From: Octopus vulgaris
Lineage: Eukaryota
Direction of reading: 5' to 3'
DNA: 64,000 nt
Assembly: GCA_951406725.2 (NCBI GenBank)
Contig: OX597826.1
Coordinates: forward strand, 13,640,001 to 13,704,000
The first letter of the stretch is position 1, and every line of letters begins with the position of its first letter. The position numbers and the translations under genes are program-made. Of the stretch, positions 41,095 to 55,647 are shown piece by piece. Below the pieces are notes generated by a model, which did not search any database, had not been told where the DNA came from, and saw only the letters and a list, made by a program, of their open reading frames with translations.

Positions 41095-42520
41095 ATGGAG
41101 GTCTATGGCCCGTCTAACCTCTACAATGACTAGTAATTGGGCACGTTAAGAAGTGCACAGTTTGGACATGAGGTTTAGGAACATACTAACGCTAACCGGT
41201 AACTTCCATATGAATACTGATGAGACACGTGCAAGATCTGTTAGATGCAGGGATTGAAGTAGGGTGGGGAAAAGAATCAGTTGAGACGGCCTTTGAATAC
41301 CGTTTCATGTTACTTTGACAATCATTTACTGAACCGAAAAGGGAAAAGTGAGTACATCGCATGTATATCCAATAGCCAAGGTCATAACAAAATGAGATTC
41401 GATAAAGGACCTGTGATAGTGTGAGTGTGCAACTGTTACATTTGAAACGAAGGTGTCTGGACTGATCTATTTAAACAGAGAACAATCTAAACAGAGACTG
41501 ATCTATTAAAATAGAGAAGAACTATTCGACATAACAACAGAAAGTTATGCATTGGTATAGATGCTGCAAACTGGAAAATGCCAACATTGACTTCTCCTGG
41601 ACCTGCGACAGACACATCATACTTCATATAGAATATTACACATTCGCCACCCAAAGACGCGAAATATTTACTTAATACTTGATCAACAAAAGAAAAAAGG
41701 ATGCCTCTAGACATCCATATTGCTACAGAAAATGTCGATTATGCCATACCAGTATGGCTGATATCTCTCGTTGAGTCAAATTAGGATTGCCACAACTTTC
41801 ATCATCCCCGTTTAATATTTCTTTTCTTCTTTTGCATTCCACGTACTTTACTTGTCCAAAAAGTATCTTTGTGCAATTTTGAGGTTGGAACAGCCAACAA
41901 AGGGCCCAGCTCCTGGAAATATTTTATGCAAAGTTATTCGTAGCATTGTTCGAGTGTTTTAATATCCTGATTATTCTATGATCCACATAGCGAGTCTCTG
42001 TCTGCTAATCTGCACTGAATCAGCAACCGTCGAAAAATATCAGCAAGATAATACCTTCCGAAGAAGCATGACATTGTCGCTAATAATGTCTGCAATGCTA
42101 TATGCAGGAAGGATTGTTGCGGCGGCCGTATCAAAGGCACACCAGAATGTGGCCACATTCGTAAAAATTAAATACACAAGTGTAACATTTTACTTATTCC
42201 CCCCAAAAAAAACACAAAAAAAAAAGCAGGCCCGGTGTTGTTGAATGGGACAGAAGCTGACGTACGCTCATTGTTGTAGATATCAGCTGCCTGGTGGATG
42301 CGAATGTTTTGTCATTATGCTGAAAAAATTAGAAACATATAGTACTTCTGTCCAGGTTATAGATTTTAATTTGTACCTGTTGTCATAAATGCAATCACAT
42401 TCGTAACAACAGAACTGCATAAAAACCCTAAACGCTAGTTTTATTTTCCAGAAAGAACGGGGTAACTACTACACAATGTCGATTAGTGGAACCACGAAAA
42501 TTTGTCGAACAATCCAATAA
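41095..42520 (+). pseudogene. Old RLE-type (R4/Dong-like) LINE 3' part, interrupted at 41773-42020
   Basis: LDMRFRNILTLTGNFH; KCRLC; YLPKKHDIVA; DISC..DANV; ISGTTKIC. Confidence 0.65.
41773..42020 (+). repeat. 248-bp direct repeat of 45111-45358
   Basis: Colinear match with few substitutions. Confidence 0.93.
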
Positions 42521-42898
42521 TGCTCCAGCTGAGGTTCCTGGGCTGAACACACGCACACATTCACGTATACATATGGAATACACAGAATTGATTGTTTCAT
42601 TGACTGAGTGGTCAATTCGTTAATGTGCTGAATAAATAAACCAATCGATCATCTGAGGAAAATGAATAAATTGAAGAACTTTAATTCTTAAACTTACCAA
42701 AACTTATCGTACCATTTTTCATTCGTTTATGAGGTGCGCAAAACTCTATTAACTGAACTTTAGGAAACCTCATCCAGTTGCAGAGAATAGTTCGGGTGCA
42801 GTTTTTTTGCTGATCAGTTACTCTCGGTTTAATACTTGGTTTGTTGCATTTTATATCTATTCAACCGAATTTGAAGAAAGTTTAAGATACTTCAAGAG

Positions 42899-42945
<47 letters not shown>

Positions 42946-43145
42946 GATCGCGTATATCTGATGAAGTAGAGGCAAAGGTTTAATAATGTGGGTAGCTTCA
43001 AATAGCAAAGAAAACCATCCCACAGCGCTAATCAACATACATAATATTCATTTCCACATGTTTTATAATCTTGGTTTGTCTGTAGGAAGCGACAGTACCC
43101 AAGGCATTCACAGACGCAGCAAGACAGGAAATATGGACGGGGTTG

Positions 43146-43514
43146 ATACATACATACATACATACATACATACATACATACATACATACATACATACATA
43201 CATACATACATACACACGCTCACGTATACACACACATACACTCACACATGTATATGTACAATGTTTTATTGAAGCTGAAAGTATGTTGCTTAATCTCGAA
43301 CGAATGAGAAATGAGTGCGCAACATATGTTGCGGACGATATGAAGATCGCAGTGATGTGAAACTTGGGTCGAGAGACAAACTCTTACTTTCAGCTTCAAT
43401 AAAACATTGTACATATACATGTGTGAGTGTATGTGTGTGTATACGTGAGCGTGTGTATGTATGTATGTATGTATGTATGTATGTATGTATGTATGTATGT
43501 ATGTATGTATGTAT
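43146..43514. repeat. Fold-back element: ~72-bp perfect inverted arms extended by (CATA)n/(TATG)n, ~100-bp spacer with a decayed hammerhead-like core
   Basis: 43212-43283 is the reverse complement of 43385-43456; spacer has aUGAAGA..GAAAC..GUC at 43340-43370. Confidence 0.9.
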
Positions 43515-43705
43515 GCAGCACGGACTTCGTCAGTGAACAGGTCGCGGATTTTAGCGACGAAAATATTTTGACAAATTAAACTTAAATGTTGAAGTGAATC
43601 GAACGGCTTTTGTGTGTTTCTTAAATGGCTTATAAACACCTTCCACGCTGCAATTATTGTATATATATATATATGCACATGTAATTACGTACGTGCGTAT
43701 GCATG

Positions 43706-43737
<32 letters not shown>

Positions 43738-46070
43738 GTTCTCTCTATCTATTCGTCTATCTATCTCTCGATCTATCGATCTGTCTTTCACATCACGGCC
43801 CTATTATTCTTTCCACTATCTCTTTGTGAATTGAATAAGAAGGTGGAGAATCTCATATTTATGTTGAGAGTATGTTAGTAATTGTTTGTTATCCGATCGC
43901 CCTTTGATGTTTTTTTCCTGGGTGTGTACACATTCCCTAGTTTAGTTTCGAGTTGGGAGCCTTTATTTTTAAATTAAAGACAATAGTAATCTTATCCACT
44001 GGACTATTTGTAAATACAATCATAAGAAAGTTCACACACCGAGCAATAAAATACCCGATGATGACTGGAAACCAAGCCGGGTAATTAGTTGGTTTTCGCA
44101 AAACTACCACTAAAATGCTGAAATCTTGATTCTTAACTCGGAAAGAGTTTCTGAAACAAATCTGAATGAGTTTTTGACCAAGTTACAACATATGACTAAA
44201 TGATGCATTTTGTTCGAAAGGTTTTTGATGAAAAGAGGCTTTGTAGTGCAAAACATTTTAGAAACAAAACCAACTTCTTTCAGTCTTCTTGCAATGGTCC
44301 AAATAGGAAGTCTTGTTACCGTTAATAATAAACACTTTCTATATTACATATCTCTGGTGAGTTGACAAAGAGCCGGGCACGATATAACCGACTAAAGCAT
44401 TTGAAGTTACTCTAACTTGCTACAGTTAGTAAAATAATAAAATAATAAAATAATTAAGAACATTTTATTAGACTTACGACAAGGGTGTATAGATTTCAGT
44501 GATGAACAGGATCGTATTTTATCAAAATTATCGACGATTTCACTTTTGGCACATAAATAACTGAAATTTGTTAACTGACTGCTTACATTATTCTTCGTTG
44601 TACAGGAAATATCTGTTTAAAAGATTCCAATAAATTGAATATAAGAATGTTTTATTACGAAATTTTAGAGAAACATTATTTCATGTAATCGGACTCAGTC
44701 GCATAACACATTGAATTGCCGAGGCATTCTGCATTATATTTAAATATTAATTTTGACAAATTAGCAGCAGTGGCCATATTTGAGTCCATCCAGAGTGTGG
44801 ATGAAATCAGTATCTGCCAAGAAATGAATGTCGATTTCAGTACTAAATTACAGGCAATACTTGCTGCGGCAGGCTCGTAGCAATGATATAGAATAGATTA
44901 TTGAATAAATATATGATTGATATAAAGAAAAAAGGAAAAGGTGAATGTGAACGAAGAAAGGGAGACAGGTATTTTCCAATCCAATGCATCAGGAAATGTT
45001 AAAAATATCAAAAGAACTTTTAAATTAGTCACCATTATTTTACAAAATAATTAAATAAATATGTAAAAGAAACATAATTAAGATAAATAATTTAATGAAA
45101 AGATCCCGTGGAGTCAAATTAGGATTGCCACAACTTTCATCATCCCCGTTTAATATTTCTTTTCTTCTTTTGCTTTCCACGTACTTTACTTGTCCAAAAA
45201 GTATCTTTGTGCAATTTTGAGGCTGGAAAAGCCAAGAAAGGGCCCAGCTCCTGGAAATATTTTATGCAAAGTCATTTGTAGCATTGTTCGAGTGTTTTAA
45301 TATCCTGATTATTCTATGATCCACATAGCGAGTCTCTGTCTGCTAATATGCACTGAATTTTGTCCTGAAATCAGTCACAAAGATTTTAAAAATCTCTTCC
45401 ATCAGTTTTTTGCTGCTGTGCGCGAACTGAAATTTAAAGCCGTGTAACGGGACTTGGACTTCTCTTCACGCTCTTTGTGTAATTTCTTAAAAAGAGGTTT
45501 TGGTTTCTTTTTCTATTTGCTTCTGCTTTCTCTAGTATTTTGCCTCTACAGAGTATTTTCCTTTCTTTCTTCACTGTCGGAAACCAATAGTCTGGTGCTG
45601 ATGACTATGGCCTGGAAAAATGCGATTCATCTTCCTGGATGCCTTAGAACCAACGACATGGTGATCCTTGCCAACATTTCTGGAAATGCGACTGATGATT
45701 CCTTGGGAACCTCAGGTTTTCTAGCTCGCTATTGCAGTTTGTGCTGTTCTTCTTTCAATTTCTCTAATCTGACGAGGAGAAACCCATTGAATGACCTTTA
45801 CTGATACATGTATGACAGCTGAGTTTTCTGTACAACACGACCAACCTTAAAGACTTTCTGCATTTTTACAGACACATCTCTGGTACAGAAGCAGTGCAAC
45901 TTAGCTTGCCCCGCTCACATCTTCTTTAAACTCTCTTTAAACTCTTCCCAGCTCTCATAGTTTCCTCTGACAAATTGATTTGTGATAATTTTAAAGAAAA
46001 ACAAACTTTTCCAACTGAAAGCAAAATAGTTATCAGTAAATTCGACATAAGAAATCGAGACATTAAACAA

Positions 46071-46743
<673 letters not shown>

Positions 46744-46809
46744 ATGATAATAATGATAATGATAATATTAATAATAATGATAAGGATGATTATAATAATA
46801 ATAATAATG

Positions 46810-46891
<82 letters not shown>

Positions 46892-46892
<1 letters not shown>

Positions 46893-47760
46893 CTTTCATT
46901 TTTTGGCTACAAGGGCCGTACTCAAATTAAATAGGGAGGATACGACACGAGGGAGAAGTGGGGTAAGGACAATATTTGTATACAATTTCTCTCAGAGTCA
47001 ACCAAGGAACCCTACATATCCCGGTCACCTTGACCACGAAGGGTAACTCAAGCAGGTACTTCACATCCCCTTGACTTCGCTGGTCGCTAAGCACATGTTC
47101 AGCGAAGGCCCAGTCATACAGGTTATCTCCGCCACATTCACACACCTTTCAGTAAAATTTCTTGGAGGCAGCACTTCCTTCTCCCTGACTTCTCTTTTTA
47201 AGTAGAACATGAAAAAGTTGATGAGGATTCGTCTAAAGAGAAAAGTATCTGTCTTCAGGCCTTTCAATATCATCCACCACACTATCTCTGTCAGAGAGAT
47301 AGCGGGGAAAACTCCATTCCTTTCTCGGTCAAAAAAGTGGCGGGACAGTCTTCACGATGGACTCGGATAACCGGATCCGTGGTACATGCATCGACAGCTG
47401 TTCGACAGTGCACCACAAATCAGCAATGCTTGGATACTGGACAAATGCACGCAGAACCGTTTTAACTCCCTGCGCACATATCGAGCAGGTTTGTCTGACG
47501 GTACTTCCGTGCTTGTAAGGCTTGTCTTGAACAGACAGAGCACTGTCAGGCCAGGGATTTCTGGAAACTATACATCGGCCACGGCCCCGGCCCCGGCCCA
47601 AATGTCATCCGGAAAACATCAACTGGTTGATCCCACCCGATTCCCCGAGTTTTCCTGAGATTGTCGTCGCTCTTGCCCGCTACTAATTCCCTACAGAACT
47701 TCCAACGATCGCATTGACCATTTGGCAGAGGGATTTGAGCGCTTGGTGACACTCCAGGTG
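46892..47760 (-). pseudogene. L1/Tx1-clade ORF2 C-terminal (zf-RVT-like) remnant plus 3' UTR
   Basis: FQKSLA..ALSVQDK.YKHG...C..C...TV..A.VQ..SIADLW; WW..LKGLK; LINFF. Confidence 0.7.
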
Positions 47761-47782
47761 CTACGATCAAATTTTGGCAGAA

Positions 47783-48147
47783 AGTCAGAAATTTCGGAGG
47801 TAAGTGGGTTACATCGACACCAGTGTTCAACTGGTACTTATTTTACCGACGCCGAAAGGATGAAAGGCAAAATCGCCCACAGCGGAATTAGGACTCGGAA
47901 CGAAAAGACGGACGAAATACCTATTTCTTTACAACCCACAAGGGGGGTAAACACAGAAAGGACAAACAAGGACAGACAGACGGATTAAGTCGATTATATC
48001 GACCCCAGTGCGTAACTGGTACTTAATTTAACGACCCCGAAAGGAAGAAAGGCAACGTCGACCTCGGGGGAATTAGAACTCAGAACGTAGCGGCAAACGA
48101 AATACCGCTAAGCATTTGCCCGACGTGCAAACGATTCTACTAGCTCA
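47783..48147 (-). mobile_element. SINE family B, dimeric form
   Basis: Same composite layout as 15150-15542. Confidence 0.85.
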
Positions 48148-48277
48148 CAACAACAACAACAACAACAATGATAGTATTAGTAATAAAGAAAGGTTTTAGA
48201 TACGTAATTTTGAATAGATATTTCCATGTTTTACTTTGATTTTAAAGAATATTAACTAAAAATGATTAAAGCCGTAC

Positions 48278-48424
48278 CAAGATAATGGTTTGATCCGTTG
48301 TTCCAAATTGTTTTCATACGGCAACTTGTATTGGTTCCCAGGCATTCATATTTCCAGGAACTTTCGCTGTAAGTACTGTTTGTCATATTGAAGGATACAA
48401 TATATGGCAGTTTACACGAATAAT
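48278..48424 (-). CDS. Host exon, Sushi/CCP-like (YSCKLPYIVSFNMTNSTYSESSWKYECLGTNTSCRMKTIWNNGSNHYL)
   Basis: Poly-T tract plus aacag acceptor, gtacgg donor, 147 nt phase 1-1, C.LP / YEC / C / W pattern, several N-glycosylation sequons. Confidence 0.65.
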
Positions 48425-48968
48425 CTGTTAAAAAAAAAAAAATATATATATATATAAGAACTACCGGTTGTAGCACACAGTACTTTAGTATTTGTTTACT
48501 TAAATATATTATTACAAGAGCGTGAGCACACGCATATTTCATATTAAAATCTCCTCAGTCATGCTGTTCCGAATCGGATCAAACTGCTTAAAAGGTAATC
48601 TAGCAAAGGAGCAAAGTACTTTTACTGTAGCCTCAGATAGATCAATACTATATAATCCAGTGGTAGGGAGGGCCCGTCATATACATATACAGGGTTCATT
48701 AAAAGTCCCCGAGAGTAAATCAAAATTCCATAAATACTATCTCTTATTCTGTATTGACTCGAATAGAAAAATGTGTCCCTCAAGAAGGACTTCACTTTGA
48801 ACAATTTTCATGATGTTTCATATTTAGGTGCTTTTATTAAATTCATTCAGTCATTAAACATAAGGAAATATTGGAATTTAAATGGCTTTGATTCAAAATG
48901 TGACCTCGTGTGTACTGTTGGCGATTTTTTCCTCCATCTTCCCTTCTCTGGTGCTTTCCTTTACCTAT

Positions 48969-49003
48969 GTTTCTGACGAAGAGCTCCGCTCGAAATGTAA
49001 AAC
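48969..49003 (+). ncRNA. Minimal hammerhead motif in a Penelope-like terminal fragment (~48880-49101)
   Basis: guuu-CUGACGA-a-gagc/gcuc-GAAA-u-GUA-aaac; fragment ends at (TA)n. Confidence 0.6.
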
Positions 49004-49097
49004 CCTCCTTCTTCCCTTCTTTCCTGAGTGTCCAATATTACTATATTTGTTCCACGTCCTCGCGTTGTTGTGTTTCTTTGTGTTTTCTTGTTTGGAT

Positions 49098-49160
<63 letters not shown>

Positions 49161-49740
49161 ACATTTTGCTTGTTTGTTATGTAGGGAAGTAAATATGTGA
49201 GCTAGCATGAACTCTCCCTCCCCTCCCCACTCAAACCAAGATTTAAATATTAAAAAATACATTTCTATCAACAAACATTCCATGTCTAAACTTATGTCTC
49301 TCTCTCTCTGTCTCTCTCACTCACTCTCTCGCTCTCTCTCTGTGCTATCATCCCATTTTTATCTAAAGACATGTATCTTACACCTCATTAACACCTTCCT
49401 CCAGACACACACCTAAACTCATCTTTATGGTAGAAAATTACTGAAGCTACTCTTTATAAAATTAAGATAGTTGATTCAGCCAAAGAAGAACTTGAAAATC
49501 ATCTGACCATTATATTTTATACCAAAGTCCGACTATTCAAGTGGAACCAGCAGGAGGTCACTTTCACAAGCCTTTCATAAAGCACCTCTTAAATAACCCC
49601 GACTTCCCAACTTCACCCTCAATAAATTATCTTGCTTTTACCATTGAGCATTTTCTTTCACCTCTGGTTCATCAGCACTCCTTCACTCGCACGCTTATCA
49701 TTAACAAACACCAACCCCACATCTGACATACCCACATCTC

Positions 49741-49815
<75 letters not shown>

Positions 49816-49831
49816 TTTATTATATAGAAGG

Positions 49832-49882
49832 AGCTTCTACAGGACTAGTACTGTTTCATTCAAGAGAAATCTTCAGGAAGCT
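49832..49882 (-). ncRNA. Type I hammerhead ribozyme at the Penelope 3' end
   Basis: agcuuc-CUGAAGA-uuuc ucuu gaau-GAAA-cag uacuaguc cuGUA-gaagcu. Confidence 0.82.
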
Positions 49883-50261
49883 ATTTAACAAGAATTGTAT
49901 TAGCATTTATACATTTAGAGGAGTGGTGGTGGGGGACTTTTTGGGGGTAGGCATAGCGCAAAATATCATACTTGGGGGAGTGGTCAAGGTAATAAAAAAA
50001 TAAAAAAAAAAAAAAATAAAAAAATAAAAGGATAAAATAAAAGAATAAAAATAAAAAATATAAAAAATATAAAAAATATAAAAAATATAAAAAATATATA
50101 TAAAAAAATATATAAAAAAAATATATATATAAAATATATATATAAAATATATATATAAAAAAAGGGGGGATAGAGTTATAGGTAAATAAGGAGATTCTCA
50201 CTTATACCTATACACACATGTATACGTATCTACACACACATACGCACATACACATATATCT

Positions 50262-50318
<57 letters not shown>

Positions 50319-50775
50319 CCTACACATACACACATACATACATACAAATATACATATACATATATATATATACAATCCAATACAGGCCCATTCCCTAATT
50401 TTAATTTTATTATCTTCATTTATTACTTTTGTTATCTTTGATCGCTAGGGCTAAGAATCCTGGCAATAGCTGCTTGTCCGTTTGTCTGTCTACTAGAAGG
50501 CAAGTACTCATTCCCGCACGCACACTCATTAGCACGTACATTCACCCATTCGTACACTCATACACATACACGTACGCACGCGTTATATTCATACATACAA
50601 ACATCTACATACGTTCACGTATATACACATACGTACTCGTACCTACAGATTCGTGTCTACACTTTAGGAGGCTAGTCTATACATATACACCAATAAATAT
50701 ACATATATATATATATATATATACCCGCATATACATACACACACACACATATATACTCCTACATACAGATACATA

Positions 50776-50831
<56 letters not shown>

Positions 50832-51019
50832 TACACATACCTACACATACACACATACACATACACACACATACATACACATATATATACATACACAAAC
50901 ATATATACACACACATATATATACATACACACATACACACATACATACGTATACATACATACATACATCTATACATCCATACTTACATGCATTTATACGC
51001 ATACACACACCCATCTATA

Positions 51020-51056
<37 letters not shown>

Positions 51057-51331
51057 TCACACATACATATACAAATCTACGCACACACATACATACATAC
51101 ACGTATACGCATACACGCACATACACATATACATGCGTACCCATACACGTGCACACACGCACGCGCATCCATATAAATACACACACACACATATATATAT
51201 ACACGTGTGCAAGCATACATACATACTCATACGCGCACACATACTTACAAATACATATATGCACACACTTACACACATATATATACATACACATATACAT
51301 GCATACATACATATATGCATACATACACACA

Positions 51332-51375
<44 letters not shown>

Positions 51376-51706
51376 TATATACACACACACACACACATAC
51401 ATACATAGACATACATACACATACATACACATACACATACGTACACACACATATACACATATATATATATACATATATATATATATACACATACACGCAT
51501 ACACATATACACATATACATACATATACATACACACACACATACATATATACATATACACTGATACACATACCCATACATACACATGCATATACTTATAT
51601 TACTACATACTCACATATATAGACATATATACATATACACACATACATATATACATGTACATACACATACGCATTCATATATATATATATATATACACAC
51701 ATATAT

Positions 51707-51738
<32 letters not shown>

Positions 51739-52021
51739 ATACGTACACACACACACACACATACATATACACATATACATGTATACATACGCAAAAATGA
51801 TACGCATATATACACATACACACACACAGACAGATGCATATACATACATATATATATATATAAACTACATATCTATATAAATACAAACATAATACACATA
51901 TACACACACATATATATACATTCATGCATATACATATACAAGTATACATACACAAACATACACACACACGCGCACACATACATATACACACACACATATA
52001 CAAATACATACATACACACAT

Positions 52022-52060
<39 letters not shown>

Positions 52061-52732
52061 CATACATGTACACATATACATATGTATATATATATCAACA
52101 AGGGAGGGTAAAGTTAATTAGTTATTAATCAATTTCATCAAGTGTTCAGTATGTAAAGGGACCATTATTATTTTGAGTAAACAATGTTAGAGGGAAAAAA
52201 ATTCTCTAAGTAGTGGAAGAGGCTAAAAAACTTTATTGGCTGCTATTTCTAGAAAGTTTAGTATGTGGCAAAGTAATTTATTTTATTTTCCTAAGCCCTA
52301 ATTATATAATATTTTATACATACATACACATACATAAGCACATACATTTACACATACATATGCATATACATATATACACATATACATACAAACACATATA
52401 CACATATACACACACACACACATACAAGCACATACATATATATATACATATATATACACACATATATACACATATATATATATATACATATACATGCAAA
52501 TATATATACATATATATTTTTTTACATGCATACATACACACACACACACATAATACATGCGTATATTCCTACTGTACCCATGCATTTCTATACATATATA
52601 CATACATACATACGGTACACATATACAAGCGTGCACATATAATATGTGAAAGGTCTTAGGAGAAAAGGTAATCGGGGGTGCTAGGGGAACAGTGGGGTTG
52701 GGGGGGGGGGGGTTGTAGGGGGGGGGTTGTCA

Positions 52733-53368
52733 TCAATCAGGTTGCCGGGTAGGTCTATAGTTCTTGTAGTTCGCGTACTTCTTATGCATACAGTTTGGGG
52801 AGTGTTCTGAAAATTTGTTAAGGAGAGGGCCTTTGGCGAACAAGATCTCTAGGCTCTCTGATATGCATAGGTCACAGCAGGTATGTCCTCCTGTGTACGA
52901 GCGCGCCTTCTGTAGTAGTTTCCACTTGGTCTTGAAGGGGATTGAGTTCCTTTTAAGGTACCAGATGTGGGCGGCGAGGGTAGTTTGGTTGGATTTATCC
53001 TGTCGCCGGAACGAGTGTGTATGTGCATACCAGCGGGTCTTAAAGCTGTTTGACGTCATTCCAATGTAGGATTTACTTTTATCGTCAAGGCCTGATCTTA
53101 CCTCGCATTTATATACTAGGTCCCTCTGTAGGCAGTTGTTGTTGAGGGGGCAGGTGGTTTTATCATGGCAGTTGCAATTGCTATCGGACGTTGGATGGGC
53201 CCCGGAGAAAGTAGATATGTTAAGTTTTTTCACATTGTTGTTGGCTAAGTTCCTGGCTAGGTTGGGCGTGGTAGAGTAGGAGAGTCTAATAGTGTTCTTA
53301 TTTAGGATAGTGTAGTACTTATGTTGGGTGGGGAAGTGTTTCTGTAGGAGAGTGAAAAAGATCTTAGC
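52733..53368 (-). CDS. Penelope-like polyprotein C-terminus: RT-thumb linker plus GIY-YIG endonuclease (uninterrupted, 5'-truncated)
   Basis: KHFP..HK....NKNTIRLSYS; CNCHDKTTCPL; LVYKCEV..YIGMT..FKTRW..H; CDLCISE; LLNK; CMHKK. Confidence 0.9.
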   Translation of the reverse strand, partial: AKIFFTLLQKHFPTQHKYYTILNKNTIRLSYSTTPNLARNLANNNVKKLNISTFSGAHPTSDSNCNCHDKTTCPLNNNCLQRDLVYKCEVRSGLDDKSKSYIGMTSNSFKTRWYAHTHSFRRQDKSNQTTLAAHIWYLKRNSIPFKTKWKLLQKARSYTGGHTCCDLCISESLEILFAKGPLLNKFSEHSPNCMHKKYANYKNYRPTRQPD

Positions 53369-53398
53369 TACAGATCTAAAAGCTAAAAAGATCTTAGC

Positions 53399-54374
53399 TT
53401 AAGACCCGCTGGTATGCACATACACACTCGTTCCGGCGACAGGATAAATCCAACCAAACTACCCTCGCCGCCCACATCTGGTACCTTAAAAGGAACTCAA
53501 TCCCCTTCAAGACCAAGTGGAAACTACTACAGAAGGCGCGCTCGTACACAGGAGGACATACCTGCTGTGACCTATGCATATCAGAGAGCCTAGAGATCTT
53601 GTTCGCCAAAGGCCCTCTCCTTAACAAATTTTCAGAACACTCCCCAAACTGTATGCATAAGAAGTACGCGAACTACAAGAACTATAGACCTACCCGGCAA
53701 CCTGATTGATGACAACCCCCCTACAACCCCCCCCCAACCCCACTGTTCCCCTAGCACCCCCGATTACCTTTTCTCCTAAGACCTTTCACATATTATATGT
53801 GCACGCTTGTATATGTGTATCGTATGTATGTATGTATATATGTATAGAAATGCATGGGTACAGTAGGAATATACGCATGTATTATGTGTGTGTGTGTGTA
53901 TGTATGCATGTAAAAAAATATATATGTATATATATTTGCATGTATATGTATATATATATATATGTGTATATATGTGTGTATATATATGTATATATATATG
54001 TATGTGCTTGTATGTGTGTGTGTGTGTATATGTGTATATGTGTTTGTATGTATATGTGTATATATGTATATGCATATGTATGTGTAAATGTATGTGCTTA
54101 TGTATGTGTATGTATGTATAAAATATTATATAATTAGGGCTTAGGAAAATAAAATAAATTACTTTGCCACATACTAAACTTTCTAGAAATAGCAGCCAAT
54201 AAAGTTTTTTAGCCTCTTCCACTACTTAGAGAATTTTTTTCCCTCTAACATTGTTTACTCAAAATAATAATGGTCCCTTTACATACTGAACACTTGATGA
54301 AATTGATTAATAACTAATTAACTTTACCCTCCCTTGTTGATATATATATACATATGTATATGTGTACATGTATG

Positions 54375-54413
<39 letters not shown>

Positions 54414-55033
54414 ATGTGTGTATGTATGTATTTGTATATGTGTGTGTGTATATGTATGTGTGCGCGTGTGTGTGTATGTTTGTGTATGTATACTTGTATA
54501 TGTATATGCATGAATGTATATATATGTGTGTGTATATGTGTATTATGTTTGTATTTATATAGATATGTAGTTTATATATATATATATGTATGTATATGCA
54601 TCTGTCTGTGTGTGTGTATGTGTATATATGCGTATCATTTTTGCGTATGTATACATGTATATGTGTATATGTATGTGTGTGTGTGTGTGTGTATGTATAT
54701 ATATATATATATATGTATGTGTATATATGTGTGTATATATATATATATATATGCATGCGTATGTGTATGTACATGTATATATGTATGTGTGTATATGTAT
54801 ATTTGTCTATATATGTGAGTATGTAGTAATATAAGTATATGCATGTGTATGTATGGGTATGTGTATCAGTGTATATGTATATATGTATGTGTGTGTGTAT
54901 GTATATGTATGTATATGTGTATATGTGTATGCGTGTATGTGTATATATATATATATGTATATATATATATGTGTATATGTGTGTGTACGTATGTGTATGT
55001 GTATGTATGTGTATGTATGTCTATGTATGTATA

Positions 55034-55085
<52 letters not shown>

Positions 55086-55599
55086 TGCGTGTGTGTATGT
55101 ATGCATATATGTATGTATGCATGTATATGTGTATGTATATATATGTGTGTAAGTGTGTGCATATATGTATTTGTAAGTATGTGTGCGCGTATGAGTATGT
55201 ATGTATGCTTGCACACGTGTATATATATATGTGTGTGTGTGTATTTATATGGATGCGCGTGCGTGTGTGCACGTGTATGGGTACGCATGTATATGTGTAT
55301 GTGCGTGTATGCGTATACGTGTATGTATGTATGTGTGTGCGTAGATTTGTATATGTATGTGTGAGTGTGTATATATATATATATATATATATACATATAT
55401 ATAGATGGGTGTGTGTATGCGTATAAATGCATGTAAGTATGGATGTATAGATGTATGTATGTATGTATACGTATGTATGTGTGTATGTGTGTATGTATAT
55501 ATATGTGTGTGTATATATGTTTGTGTATGTATATATATGTGTATGTATGTGTGTGTATGTGTATGTGTGTATGTGTAGGTATGTGTATATATGTATATG

Positions 55600-55647
<48 letters not shown>

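Larger units (their letters stand above)
49811..53369 (-). mobile_element. Penelope-like element, 5'-truncated (left arm of the palindrome)
   Basis: GIY-YIG ORF, ~2.9-kb microsatellite-rich 3' UTR, terminal hammerhead, ends in (AT)n. Confidence 0.9.

Noticed and set aside
50429-51622. 397-aa ORF and the many other IY/HT/VC/N/L-rich ORFs
   Set aside because: Translations of microsatellites that happen to lack stop codons; no domain content
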